DNA from: Piromyces finnis finn
Taxonomy: Eukaryota; Fungi; Neocallimastigomycota
Assembly: GCA_002104945.1 (NCBI GenBank)
Contig: MCFH01000019.1
Coordinates: 310,001-374,000, forward strand
Direction: 5' to 3'
DNA length: 64,000 nucleotides
Part shown: positions 16,025 through 29,900 of the stretch, one piece after another
How the letters are laid out: every line of letters starts with the position of its first letter
Position numbering within the stretch: position 1 is the stretch's first letter
Notes under the pieces: generated by a model
The model's database searches: none
What the model was told of the DNA's origin: nothing
Seen by the model: only the letters and a program-made list of their open reading frames with translations
Program-made: the position numbers and the translations under genes

Positions 16025-19000
16025 ATGAATTGTGAATGGAAAAATATTTTAATCAATTCACTAAAAGTTAACCTTCAAGAAAATAAAACAACTAATAGAA
16101 TATCTACATGTAATAAAATATTAATAGAATATAAATAATGAAACTACTATAGTATATAAGCTTTAACTTTTATTTTTTTAAATTTTACTCCTTGGAAACT
16201 AGTTAAATTACCTGTTTCTTCTATTCAAGTATTAATTTTTATTATATTGCCTTTTCTTTCTTTCTTTTTTTTAAATATATTATTTGATTTTTTTGTTTTA
16301 TATTAAATTCATTCATCTATTATTTTAAATATTTTAATTTTTTTAGCAAGATGGAAAACCCGATGTAAGAATTTTATCATTTGCCGGCTTTATTCAATTT
16401 AAATGTTATCCCGATAGTAATTTAGAAAATCAAAATCAAGATTATCCAAAACATAAAGAAATCCCATTTATAATACTGGATGATACCTTTTTACCAGCAA
16501 AAGACAAATTACTAAACTCATTATTAGTATGAAAAATCATTATTTTAATAATCTAATTAAGTAAGAATAATTTAAATTAATTTGTATTATTTATAGTTTA
16601 AAGTTGATATTAGGTCATCCTTTTTAACCAATATTTCAAAGGGATCAAAATTTACTAAAGTAAACTGGTTTCTTCCATATACAAAAGAAGAATTTCGATT
16701 ATCAGGGACCTTTCATACAAGTAATGATCTATTTTTATCAATAATAATTATAAATAAAAAAAATAAATATTAATTATAATATTATTATATGTATGTATGA
16801 AATATATATAGTAATTTCATTAACTACGGCTGATAAATATAATGAACCAATAATTGGTAAGCCTTTCTGCAATTCAAATTCCTGCAATGTTAATTGGGAA
16901 TTACTTAGAAGGATGGTGTGGAATCAAATGTCTGACAAAGAGAAAAAAATCTATTTTACTTATTTTAATGAGTGTAATGCTAATGATCAAAGAAATGTTT
17001 GTGATCCATTCAAAAAGAATATTAAAGAAAATTCCTATAATTATAATTATAATGCTTATTATCAATATTCAGCAATAACATCTCCAAAATATTCTCAGAG
17101 AAATTCCATTTCAAGTAAGAGTAACAACTTGTCATTTTCAAAGAAAGATAATCTTAAACCAAGTTATAATTCAATTAAGAAAGATGTACAAAATGATAAT
17201 GAAGATAATGAATATGATAATCTGTTAGAGCCAAAACCAAATTTATCGGTAAATAAATATTTATTTATTTTGTGTTTTTTTTTTTATTATTATTATTTCA
17301 GATGTAATAATACTATTAATTATTATTATTATTTTTTTTTTTTTAAAAAAAAAACACATTATATTATATATATATTTTAATATGGATAACATATAATTTT
17401 TGATAAGTCACTAAAAAATAAAAATAAGGATGCAAAAACCTATGAAGAATATAATAATAAAGAAAAAGGTGATGATTATCATTATACCTCCCTATCAACC
17501 AAACATAGTATATATATTGAACGAAAAAATATAACAAAATATGATCATCGTAATAATAAATTTGATCAACAAACAGAAATTAATATTCATCGAAAAAATT
17601 CAAAGGAAAAAACAATTGTGAAGTCAAGGGATAAAAATTTGTTAACTATGGATAATTTAAATAGTTCTATTAATAGTTTTAATGGACCAGATAATTCTTT
17701 TAATATTAAAAGTCCTATAAGTGATTACTTTACAGAAAATAAAAATAGAAAGAGTAATAATAAAGATTCGAATATGCCATGTCAAAATAGCAAAAACAAT
17801 GAAGATATAAATAACGAAAATAAAAATAGGGATATTAAAAATTATGTTAATGAAGATGATGACGATTTTCTATCTGAAGTGGAACCATATTTAATGGAAT
17901 TATATTCTCATGATCCCTCCTTTTCGGAAGACCTTAACAATAATGAAACCCATGATAATAATAATTTTTCAATAAACGACAAAATTCATAAAGAAAATGA
18001 AAAAGAAGTCTATCAAAAAGAAACTAAAGAAAATTTAAAACAACCAACTACAGACGATAAAAAAAGAAATGATACAGAAATCTATCAAAAAGAAACTAAA
18101 GAAAATTTAAAACAACCAACTACAGACGATAAAAAAAGAAATGATACTAAAGAAAATAGTACAAACCCTATTGATAATCAAAATGAAATTAAAAAAGAAA
18201 ATAAAAATATGGAGATTAATAGTAAGTATTACTTTTTTTAATATCTGTTTGAAAAAAAGTTATAACGATATATATATATACATCCTAATTAATAATTAAT
18301 AATTACAATTACTATACGATTCATATTATTCATTTTTTAATAAAATATTTCTTTCTTTTTTTTTTTTTTAATTAAAAAAAAAAAAGATGAAATAAAATAT
18401 AAATATCGTTCCAGCTACTTTAACAAAACTATGCTGATAAAACAACCAACATTTAATTCAAAATATTCACCAGATGATACCTTTTTATCATCATCATTAG
18501 ATCAAAAACCATTAACTACCGATGAAAAATATGATAAAGATAATACCAAAAATGAAACAAGTGATAGTAAAAAGTATGATAAGAATTTAAATGAGAAAAA
18601 AGAAGAAACAGAAAAGAAAAAGGAATTATCAACTGAAGATTTAGAAGAAGCTTATAACAATTTCTGTTTATTAATTGTGGATATTGAAAGTATTGATTAC
18701 ATCGAAATGTCTTATTTCCCACAGAAAAAAACTACATTTTACAAAATTGAATGCCCATACTTTTCTTATGAAGACGAAAAATCGTCTGATACTAAGGAAG
18801 AAAATAATTTCAATAAAGAAGAAAAGATTAACGAAAAAAGTATGCATAATTATTATGACAACTTTAATAGTATTTATCCTTCTATGTCCACAAAGAAAGA
18901 AAATATGGGTTATGAACCTTTTACTGGAAATCAAATTCAAAATGATTCTTTTATATTTGACACTAATGAACCCATGTCAAAAATTTCCAATAATCAAACA

Positions 19001-19039
19001 ATTTATAAAAAAGTATATTGGATAAAAAAGAAAGATTAA
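16025..19039 (+). CDS. Pyridoxamine 5'-phosphate oxidase-like FMN-binding split-barrel protein with a very large low-complexity insertion, multi-exon
   Basis: Exons read MNCEWKNILINSLK, DGKPDVRILSFAGF, WFLPYTKEEFRLSG, WELLRRMVWNQMS and, far downstream, NFCLLIVDIESIDYIEM. These match the YGR017W-like family pattern. Exon boundaries are approximate. Confidence 0.6.
18009..18147 (+). repeat. 72-bp in-frame tandem duplication (24 aa: YQKETKENLKQPTTDDKKRNDTE)
   Basis: Copies start at 18011 and 18083 and are near-identical. Confidence 0.95.
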
Positions 19040-19549
19040 ATATTATTTTTATAACTAATATTTAGCGTTTTATTTTATTTTTTTTTTATATTTACATATA
19101 TTTGTTTTCTATTTTTTTTTTATTTTATTATATTTTGTTTAAAATATTCTTATATATATATTTAAATAAATAATCATTATACATTGATTAAATTTTGAAT
19201 ATTATATAGGCTATATATATTATTTATTTTCATTGGATATTATTAATATTTTTTGTAAATGAGTAATTTATTAATATATATAACATTTTTTATTTTATCT
19301 TACTTTTCTTCTTCTTCTTCTACTTCTTGCCTTTTTTTGTTGTATATTATAATAAAAGCATTTTGAATATTATTTTTTCATATTTACTTTTTAAAAATAT
19401 GAAATATTACTATTATCCTGTATAATATTTATAGTTATGGAAATCAATAATAATAATAATAGTAATAGTAATAATAATAATAATAAAAAGTTTTCCAAAA
19501 TACTTTAACATATTCTTTTCCAAAAATAGATTTTATAAATTGATTAAAG

Positions 19550-19708
19550 TTAGGTTTGAATATTGAAATTTTTATTTCTAACATGTACAAATACAAGTGA
19601 AAGAGCGATAAAAGAAATAAATTTATAAAAAGAATTATTTTTTATTCTTTTTTCTTCTTCTTCTGTACGAGACTCTCTATAGATTTCTCTAAAATTTGGA
19701 AGATTCAT
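19550..19708 (-). CDS. Small (52 aa) single-pass membrane protein, possibly TOM5-like
   Basis: MNLPNFREIYRESRTEEEEKRIKNNSFYKFISFIALSLVFVHVRNKNFNIQT: acidic/basic helix, one TM segment and a basic tail. Divergent from RPB4, about 300 bp apart. Confidence 0.4.
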   Translation of the reverse strand: MNLPNFREIYRESRTEEEEKRIKNNSFYKFISFIALSLVFVHVRNKNFNIQT

Positions 19709-20005
19709 TTCCGAAAACTTTACAAAAAAAGCAGTCTTTTTTTTTTTTTTTTTTTTGTATTTCAAAAAATGATAATTTTTAAGAAATAATCAAAATAAAA
19801 AATTTTAAATAAATTTTCTTTAATAAAAATTTAAAAATTTTTTTTTTCTTTAAAACCTTTTTTTTTTTAAATCTGTAAATATATATTTTTTCTAAATTGT
19901 AAAAAAAAAAAAAAAAAAGAAATTATTATTTTTAGAAATTTAATTTATTTTTAAAAGATACCTTCCTTTATAATTAAACAACAATAACAACTGTAATAAT
20001 AAAAA

Positions 20006-21106
20006 ATGGCTTCAGTACCTACAGAAAATGAAAGAATTCATCGTGGTCAATTAGAAGAAGATGATGCCTTCAAATTGAAATTTGGTGAAGGTACAGCTTT
20101 TTATCTTAATTATTTCATATATTTATCACTAAAAAGAATATAAAGCGTAATTTAGAGTATTTTTAAAGAAATAACAAAAATAATAAATAATTAAAAAATA
20201 TAATGTTTTTATATATATATATTTTATTTATGTATATATGCATATATGAATGATATTACATCAAATAATCAAATAATTCAATTCTTTTAAAAAGAATTTC
20301 AAAATACTCAATGTCTTTTCATTGCCGAAGTTAAAGTTTTAATGGGTGTTCAAAAAGAAAATCGTTTATCTGAAACTGATATGGGAGAAAGTTCATTATC
20401 AGAGTAAATTTCAGTAAAAAATAAAGTTAAAAAATTTATTCAAATTATTGGAATTAAGAAACATATTATTATTTTATCCAAAAAATATGGTTATTAAAAC
20501 AAAAATATAAAAATGATTTTATTATTTATATACATATATATATATATTAAAGAGTTTTCCAAAAGACTATGAATTACTGTAATCAATTTGGAAAATATCA
20601 AAATCATGAAGCTGTCAAAGAAATGAGAAAGTATGTTGTTTGATAATTAATGATAATATCTATTATTATAAAATTTCAGACTTAAAAACGTTATGTATTA
20701 ACAAGATTTTTAAATTATTTTGAAATTTTAAAATAATAAATATAACATTTTTTTTTTTTTGGCATTGACATTGGAATGAATATGAAATATAAATTTTATG
20801 AAAATAGAATTTTCCCAGTTAATGAATTTAAACAATTTGAAGTTGCCCAACTTGTTAATTTAGGTTGTGAAACCACTGAAGAAGCTAAGGCTGTAATTCC
20901 AAGGTATGTTTTTTTTTTTTTTTTTTTTAAAATTTTTATTTTTCTATATTATTAAAGTAAATAAAATAAAATGTTTGAATTTTACTAATTTCATATTTTT
21001 TTATATAATTGTATAAATCTTATTTTTTAATAGTTTATCAAGAATGCAAGATGACCGTTTACAAGAATTATTAGACGAAATGCATTCATTAAAAACTTAT
21101 TCATAA
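20006..21106 (+). CDS. RPB4: RNA polymerase II subunit RPB4, multi-exon
   Basis: LEEDDAFKLKFGEEF, QCLFIAEVKVL, FEVAQLVNLGCETTEEAKAVIPSL and LQELLDEM; canonical GT-AG introns. Confidence 0.92.
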
Positions 21107-21812
21107 AATACCACTTTTATTTTTCATTTTTTTTTTAAGAAAAAAACAAACAAACAGACATAAAACACAGAAAATAATTACCATTTTTTTTTTTTTACCA
21201 TTTTATGTTACTATAGACTTTCTAAAATAAGGAAAAATTGTTTTTAAACTATTAATATTAATGATAATAATGATAATACAATAACAATAATATAATGATA
21301 ATGAAAATAAAATAATAAAAAAAATAAAAAAAAAAAATAAAAATTAAATACAACTAATAATTCTATGAATCTTTTTTTTTTTTTTTTTAAAGAAAAAGAT
21401 ATTATAATAAAACCTATAGAATTAAATGCATTTATATTTTTTTCTTTAATAATATGATGTTAGTATTGTTATTATTGTTATATTTACTTGAAAATACAAC
21501 AACAACAACAACAACAATTGTTTGTGGATGGGTGTGGTGTGGGTGTGGTGACTTTATTTAATAATAATTTAAGTTGAGAAAAAAAAAATTTTTTTTTAAA
21601 GTTTTTTTTATTTTTAATATTAATATTCTTTTAATACATATTTTCTTTCTTTCTTTTTTTTTTTGATAAATAATAGTAAAAGATAATAAGAATATAAATG
21701 TTTTATACATATATTCAATATAAAATTATATAAGAAGAAAGAAAGAAAGAGAGAGAGGGAAAAAAAAATTTATATATTTTTAAATTTAAATAATAATAAA
21801 TAAAAAAATAAA

Positions 21813-24550
21813 ATGTCTTCATCAAGTTCAAAACAAGAGGGTGAACCCTTAACTAATAATGTATTAAATTCTATGTCTGTTGGTAATTATATCATAAGAA
21901 ATTTGAAATTTAAGAAAAAGAAGTGATAATATACATATTCATTATATATTAATTACAAATTTCTTTATTAAAGAATGTTAATCAAATTGTTAAGAATTTA
22001 ATTAGAATTTCATGAAATTTATTATCCATTTTATTTCCAACTTTTTTTTTTATCAATACGAATAATAGTGTTTAAACAATTTTATGTTTTTGTATTAAAA
22101 TATTAACTATTTTATGTCTTTATATTATGATGATGTTATATATTTCTATTTTTTTTTTTTTTAAAAAAAAAGGTAAAATCTTTAGAGATTGTTCCAAACG
22201 TATTACATCTATAGATTTTGATGCTAAAGGAGAATATTGTGTAACAGCATCACAAGATGAATCTATACATTTATATGATTGTAAGCAAGGAAGGTAGATA
22301 TTTACATTTAAGAGTAAATAAATAGGAAAGAAAGAAAACTTTCTAAATAAATATAAGCCAATTAATTTCAATTTTCATAAAATTTTAACAATTATTAATT
22401 AATATATATATATATATTTCTTTTCGGGCATAATAAATTCTTTTTTTTCTTCGATTATTAAAAAAAAAAAAGATTAGTAAGAACAATTTATAGTAAAAAA
22501 TATGGTTGTGATCTTGCTAGATTTACACATAGTCAAAATAATATTATATATGCATCAACAAAAGAAGATGGTATTTAATAATTTTTTATTATTTAAATAG
22601 AATTATAGTTTGCCTTTTTTTTTTTTTTTTAAACATTAATACTTTTTTCAATTAATTCATAATTTAATAAAATTATATTATTACATTGATAAAAATGAAA
22701 ATAAAATGAAATTTCTTAAAAAGATACCATTCGATACTTATCCTTATATGACAATAAATATTTAAGATATTTTAAAGGTCATACAAAAAGGTAAACTAGG
22801 CCAAGAATCATGTTATAAAAATTAATAAAGAGTTTATAAATAACAAATGATGTTCATTTAATTAAATTTCAATTTTTAATAATAGAGTAACATGCTTAGA
22901 AATGTCACCAATGGATGATCTTTTCCTATCTTCATCAGTTGATCAGACCATACGACTTTGGGATACCAGAACACCTGTTTGTCAAGTAAATAAATAATAT
23001 GTATATATTTTATTACTATTAAACTATACTATTATTATTACTTTAATATATTTGATATGCATATATAAAAACAAATATAATATTTATTAAACTTTTTTTT
23101 TTTTATTATTATTAAAACTTTTTAAAAACCCATCCTATCAATTTTCCCTTTCAAAATAGGGAATAATAAATTTACAAGAAAAAAGCAATTCAAAACAATG
23201 TGTAGCTTTTGATCATGCAGGTTATTTATTTGCTGTTGGAATTGATTCTTATCGTATTCATTTATATGATTTGAAAGATTATCAAAATGTAAAGATTTTA
23301 TTTATACAAACAATAATTTTATTATCTGTATTGTTAAATCGATGTTATCTATTTTATGACATACTAAACTTATTCTCTATATAAACATACTTTATCTATA
23401 TATCTATCATTATCATCATCATCACCAATACATCCTCTTGTAATTTTTTATAAAATAAAATAAATGAAATAAATTTTGTTATAAAGGGTCCATTTGAAGT
23501 ATTTGAAATTAACGTAGATAACCAGAATCCAGTGGAATGGACATCTCTAAAATTTAGTAATGATGGAAAATATATTCTTATATCTACAAATGCAAATATT
23601 ATTTATGTAATAGACGCTTATGAAGGAACAATACTTCAAACTATTGAAGGTTTTGAAAATAAAGTACAATTAAATTTAGCTGCAGGTTTCACACCAGATG
23701 TTAAATATATTTATTCAGGTATAAATAAATAAATAATAATAATAAAAAAAAAAAAACATTGAATTATTTTTATATGAAGGAAGCATCAAACTTTTATCCA
23801 TGCACTTATAAATAATAATGACCAAGATCAAAGATAAAATATATATATAATAATTTAAAATTTCATTGTATTTTAATAATTATTTATAAATAGGTTCTCA
23901 AGATGGTAGTATTAACTTTTGGGAAAGAGAATCAGGAAAACATGTTTCTAAACTTCGTTGTCATAATGAACCTTCTTCTGTAGTATTATTTAACCCAAGA
24001 TATTTAATGTTTGCTAGTGCTGATGCTAATTTAGTAAGTATAAAAAATATTTAAAGAAATAATATATATATACTTGTTTAGAAAAAAAGGAAAAGGAAAA
24101 TATTTTTCTTTCTTTTTTTTTTTTTTTTTTACCTTTTATTTATTGTATATATAATCGTTTGATCAATCGTTTTCCCCATAACAATAAAGTTTCATATTGC
24201 ATTTATGGTTTTAATTTGATCAAAAAATGATTTATTGTTTATATTTATATAGATTACTATATATATATGAATATAGTTATGTGTATTAATATATATATGT
24301 AAAAAGTATATAAAATATATAAATAATAATAGAATTATCCACTTTCATAATATTTTTTATTTCTTTCTTTATAAAGTTTATCCTTTTTTTTTTAGGATAA
24401 ATTTTATAGAGACATGGAAATATATATACATAAATATTATGAGATATTTTAATTCTACATCACCATTACTATATATACAAAAATAGAGTTGATTTCTATA
24501 TTACAAATTATTTTCAAAGTATCTAACAAAATAAAATTTTATTTATATTC

Positions 24551-24582
<32 letters not shown>

Positions 24583-24627
24583 AAAAAAAAGGCATTCTGG
24601 ATACCCAAAGAATATATTGGTCATTAA
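21813..24627 (+). CDS. SWD2: WD40 protein WDR82/SWD2 (COMPASS and CPF subunit), multi-exon
   Basis: [53 protein letters not shown] and [14 protein letters not shown]; ends [11 protein letters not shown]. Confidence 0.92.
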
Positions 24628-26233
24628 AACTATCAAAACTTAATACGCATTAATATCTGGTTATTCATTCCGAAACCGAATAATTTTAACAATAACAAAA
24701 ATAAAAATAAAAAAAATTAAAAAAAAAAAAAAAAAAACATCGAAAATCCATTTAACAATCGTATTATTTTATAATTTTTTTTTCTTTATACACGTCCACT
24801 TTTAATAAGATTCATACCTTTTTTTTCTTTTTTTCTTTTTTACAAAATATAAATATCTTAATTTTCTGATTGTGTTATTTATTTGTTGAATATCAATACT
24901 TTTACAAAAAATATTTATATATACGTTAAAGGGGAGGGGGAAAGAACAATAATAATAAAAACTAAATAAATGCATCTCTTTAATTTTAGTAGATTTTCTT
25001 TTAAAAAATATATAAAGTCATACTACTATTTTTAAAAGGTATTCGATTGTGTTTGCATAGATGAATATTATAAAGACCTTTTTACATTTAAAAAGATAGA
25101 GATTATAAAGAAAAGGAATCGTGCTTATTTTATAATAATAATTAAAAAAAAAGCATTACCATAAATTAAAAGTGATATATATTAATGGTGATATTACATA
25201 AATAATTTCATTTCAAAGTAATAATAACAGAGGTGTTAAACAATATCAGTTAAAAAAAGAAAAGGCAATCTTAAAAACTTGAAAAGTCTTTCAACTTTTT
25301 TTAATAATAATGTGGATTTTAATTATTTATATTCAATAATGTATACATTAGTATGTACTACTTTGTAAATGTATTAATAGGTTTTAAAATGAATTTTATT
25401 ATAGGAAGTATCCACCAATACTTTTAATTCAAAATAAAAATATCAATTTTAATATATATATATTAATATAATATATTAAATTAATATATATAATAATATA
25501 TGGGGGAATATTTTTAAAATCTTTTTTATATGAATGTGGCCCATGCCAAAGCCGTTGCTTTTACATAGCCATATCACCATAGGAAATTTTCAATTTCCTA
25601 ACCAGAAAAAGTTTACCAAAAAAAAAAAAACTAAGCAGTTTAGTCGTAGGGGACAATTTTTATAATAATATTAATCAGATGAATTAACATAGCCTCATCC
25701 ATATTTTTACATAGCCCAAAAAGCTATAATAATAGTAACAATAAAATAAAAAAAAAAAAAAAAGGAAATGAACTAAAATAAAAATAAAAAAAAACAAAAA
25801 CTATATAAAACAACAAAAAGAAGGGAAATTTAAAAGCATTTTTATTTAATATTATAAATTTAAAAAACAATTTTTTATTAAAAAAAATATAAAACTCTTT
25901 CTTATACAAACCAATTAAAACATTTATAAAAAAAAAAAGAAAAAACTAAAAAGTAATTCATAAAAGATAAAAAAAAAAAAAAAAACATTATAATAATAAT
26001 AATACAAGCAAAAAATAATACACACACACACAAAATACTATTTAATTTTATAATTTATTTTATAAAAAAAAAACATTCATTATAACAATATTACCAACGC
26101 AATTGAATTGTTATCATTAACACTATTACAATATAATTCATTTATATTTCAAAAAAATAAGGAGAATTTAAAATAAAAAATAAAAAATAAAAAAATAAAA
26201 TAAAAAAAATCTTTTAATATATCTATAATAAAA

Positions 26234-27943
26234 ATGTCAAACGCAACCGATGTTAGTGAAGTCAAACTTAACTTTGATGGTGAAGGACAACTCCTTGACA
26301 AAAAAAACTATAAATGTAGTAGTTATTCAAATAATCTTTCTCAAAATAAGAAAAGATTATATATGTCATTAGGTTGTTGTTTCCTTTTCTTTTTATTTGA
26401 ATTGATTTTTGGTTTAATTGCAGGTAAGATATTGGCAATGATACTTTTTTTTTTATGTAATATATATCTAGTAATTTATATAAAATATTTATAATAACAA
26501 AAAAAAAATTTTTTTTAATATTTTATCAGGTTCATTGGCTTTAGTAAGTGACAGTTTCCATATGTTATCAGGTAAAGAAAGAAAGAAAAAAAAAATATTA
26601 ATAAAAGTTTATGTGGGAATAAAAATAATATATTAATTTTTAAAAAAAAATTTTTTTTGTAAACTTCTTATAGATGCTAGTGGTTTCATTATTTCTCTTA
26701 TTGCTATCTACGTTTCTAATCGTCATGCTACCAAAGGTACTTTGAACTATTTTCTTTTATAATCAAAATTATAAATAATAAATAAATAAAGAAAAAATGA
26801 ATAAAATACTAATTAACAAAAAAAAACTATCCTATTTTTAATAAATAAAAAAAAAAAAAATAATTAAATAGCCCATTCCTTTGGTTTCCATCGTGTAGAA
26901 ATTATTGGTGTATTTGTTTCAATTTTATTAATTTGGGTAGTAACTGTCTTTTTAGTTATTGAAGCCATTGATCGTCTTCGTAATCCAATTGAAATTAATG
27001 GAAAAGTAATGTTAATCACTGCTATTGTAGGCATTGTTATGAACATTGTTTTATTTTTCACTTTAGGTGATGGCTCAGATGGTCATGGCCATGGTCATAG
27101 TCATGGTGGTCATTCTCACGGTCATTCTCATGGTCATTCTCACGATAAATCTAAAAAACATAATGATCATGACAGTGATAATAATGAAAAAGCTGTTCCT
27201 GAACAAGAAGGTGAAACCAAGAATACTTCTTTAAAACAAAAAGTTAAAGATTTTGATAAGGTAAATAATTTTTTTTTTTTAAAAAAAAAGACTATTGACA
27301 GTAATAATAATAATAAAAAAAATTTTATAAATATATTATTAATCTATAATTTTTTTTTTTTTTTTAAAAAAAAAAAACCTTTAAATAGAATATGAATATT
27401 AATGTAAAGGCTGCCTTCATTCATGTTTTGGGAGATTTATTATCATCTATTGGAGTATTAATTGCTTCCATTATTATTTGTATTAATAAAGATTTAGTAT
27501 TCTTTGATCCAATATGTACATTTGTCTTTTCCGTATTAATTATCATTACCACATTTAATTTATTACGTCAATCTTTATCTGTTGTAATGGAATCAACACC
27601 AAAAGATATTGATATTGATAGTATTATCAATGATTTATTAAATATTGAAGGTGTAGAACAAGTTCATGATATTCATATTTGGAATTTAACGGTTGGTAAA
27701 CCATCTATGATTGCTCATATTACCTTTAATGTTGATACTGACCGTGAACCTATTCTTTGTACATTTGAACGTATTCTTTATGAAGCTCAAATGATTATTT
27801 GTTCTAATTATCATATACATCATTCAACCATTCAATTAGAAATAAGTAAAAATAGTGAGCATTGTAAATTACATGATCATTATTTAAATCATTTCACTGA
27901 ACATTGTGAACCAGCAATGTGTCATATTAAAAAGAATAAATAG
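26234..27943 (+). CDS. Cation diffusion facilitator (SLC30/ZnT) zinc transporter, multi-exon
   Basis: SLALVSDSFHMLSD, FGFHRVEIIG, His-rich loop HGHGHSHGGHSHGHSHG, NVKAAFIHVLGDLL and VHDIHIWNLT. Confidence 0.92.
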
Positions 27944-28832
27944 AAAAAAAAAAAAAAAATACATAACATAAAAAAAAAAAATACTATTAATTAATATCCC
28001 CTCCCTTCACTCTATAATAGAATATTTAGCAACAAAAAAATTAGTAAATAATCCTATTTATTTTACCTTTTCTTAATAATGATTTTCATTACTATTATAA
28101 TAACAAAAAAAAAATATGTTATTATTATATCACTAGAAATAGTAAAACTCATTATCTTTTCACTTTTTTAAAATAAAATAAAATAAAATAATAATAATAA
28201 TAATAATTAAAAAAAAAGTTATTTGTTCATACACTTTTTGTTTTTTGTGTGTCTTTTAAAAAAGGTTTAATTTTTATTTTTAAAAGGTTTATTGAAAAAA
28301 AAAAAAAATCTTTTTTTTTTTTTATAGTAATTTTCTATCTCTTTTTTTTTTTTCTATTATTTGTAAAAGTGTCGAATGTTATTTTAATGCTTTTTTTTTT
28401 TTAAAGAGAATTTACAATAAATTTTACAATGAAATAATGCTTTTTGTACTAATATATTAAAACAAAATATACATACAAAATAAATAATGTTGATTCGAAT
28501 TTTTTTCTTTTTTAACGATTATAAAAAAAAAATAAATAAAAAGGATAATAATAATAAGTATTGATATATCATGAATGATGAAATGAAAAAATAAAAATGA
28601 TTTTCACCTATTTTCATTTATAGGATATATCTAGAAAGTATGACGAGAAAAAAAAAATAAATCTTTTTCTAAATTTTATATAGATAATACCATCTTTAAA
28701 ATAAAATTTTAAATTTTATTTTGTTGGTTTTATTTATATAAATAAAAAAGATAACGAAATGATTTACAAAGTTTGTTGAATAAATAATTTATATCTACAT
28801 TGTCAATAAGTTGTGTGAAAAAATCTTTTTTC

Positions 28833-29900
28833 TTACATAATAAGAGTATCCTTGTTAACATCAACCTTTGGAACTCCTGGAATTTCAATAGTTTCAGATG
28901 AAGTACCAATAACAGGGACTTCAGGAATCTTTAAAATAGTATTGGAAGTTACAGGATAAGCATTTGATTCAGAATAGGTATATTGAGAATCAATTTTTGT
29001 TGGACCTGGAATTGGACCTTGTCCTGGTGAAAGAATTGGTGAAACATTATTAAATGGTTGTTGATTATTCATTGGAATTTGTGGCATGACTGGTATAGTA
29101 GCTGGTGTTGTTTGAACTTCAAGTTGTGGGCTAGTATTATATTGGAATTGATTTTCATTATTTCCTATATAAGTTTCATTGTTAACAATATTGTCAGATA
29201 CAACAATTCTATTTGGATCTAAAACAGATGGTTTAGCCTCAACAACTGGTTGTGGTTCAACGTATTCAGCTCCATTGACATATAATGGAGTAGCAATACC
29301 TTCTGAGATAAATTGAGGATCAGTTTTTCCGATTTTATCCTTCTTTGACTTTTTTGAAGAAAGACGAGAAGAAAGGCCACTTTCATCAATTTGAATTTCT
29401 TCCATAGGAGCATCATCAAGTTTCTTGGATCTTTTGTACATGATAAGAAGAAGAATTAAGATGAAATCAATAAGTATTCCAATGATATCCAAATAATAAT
29501 TCTTTAATGGTGGAACCCATTGAGAAATATAACGGAAACCGTAGATAAAGAATATGAATACCAAACCAGTGGCATGAGCACAACATAAAATGACATGAAG
29601 CCACTTTGCAACTTTATTACTGTCTAATGATGTTAAACCAATTACTGCTAAGTTAAGCAAGGCAACTATACATAAATAAACTACAGTATAAACAGTTAAT
29701 TGAAAAACTGTACTTTCTCTAGCTTCTATATTATTCATATAGCCAAATTCTAAGTCACCATTTTTTAATGTTAAGAAAATACCAACATTTATTGGGTCTT
29801 GATTATCCCAGTAAGGTAGCATTAATAACAAGAGTGTAAATATGCAAGATACAGCATAAAAACTGTAAATTAAAAACTTTAAAACAGCTCTTTTACCCAT
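28833..29900 (-). CDS. Four-TM membrane protein (claudin/PMP22/SUR7-like topology) with Pro/Gln-rich cytosolic tail; intronless
   Basis: 355-aa ORF. TM1 is followed by LPYW...VGIF (claudin-like W...GLW pattern), then three more TMs and a ~200-aa low-complexity tail. Family assignment is inference. Confidence 0.6.
   Translation of the reverse strand: MGKRAVLKFLIYSFYAVSCIFTLLLLMLPYWDNQDPINVGIFLTLKNGDLEFGYMNNIEARESTVFQLTVYTVVYLCIVALLNLAVIGLTSLDSNKVAKWLHVILCCAHATGLVFIFFIYGFRYISQWVPPLKNYYLDIIGILIDFILILLLIMYKRSKKLDDAPMEEIQIDESGLSSRLSSKKSKKDKIGKTDPQFISEGIATPLYVNGAEYVEPQPVVEAKPSVLDPNRIVVSDNIVNNETYIGNNENQFQYNTSPQLEVQTTPATIPVMPQIPMNNQQPFNNVSPILSPGQGPIPGPTKIDSQYTYSESNAYPVTSNTILKIPEVPVIGTSSETIEIPGVPKVDVNKDTLIM

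Noticed and set aside
21525-21550. GT-rich run resembling a telomere repeat
   Set aside because: Short, irregular and internal, next to a (CAA)n run in a promoter region; ordinary low-complexity DNA.
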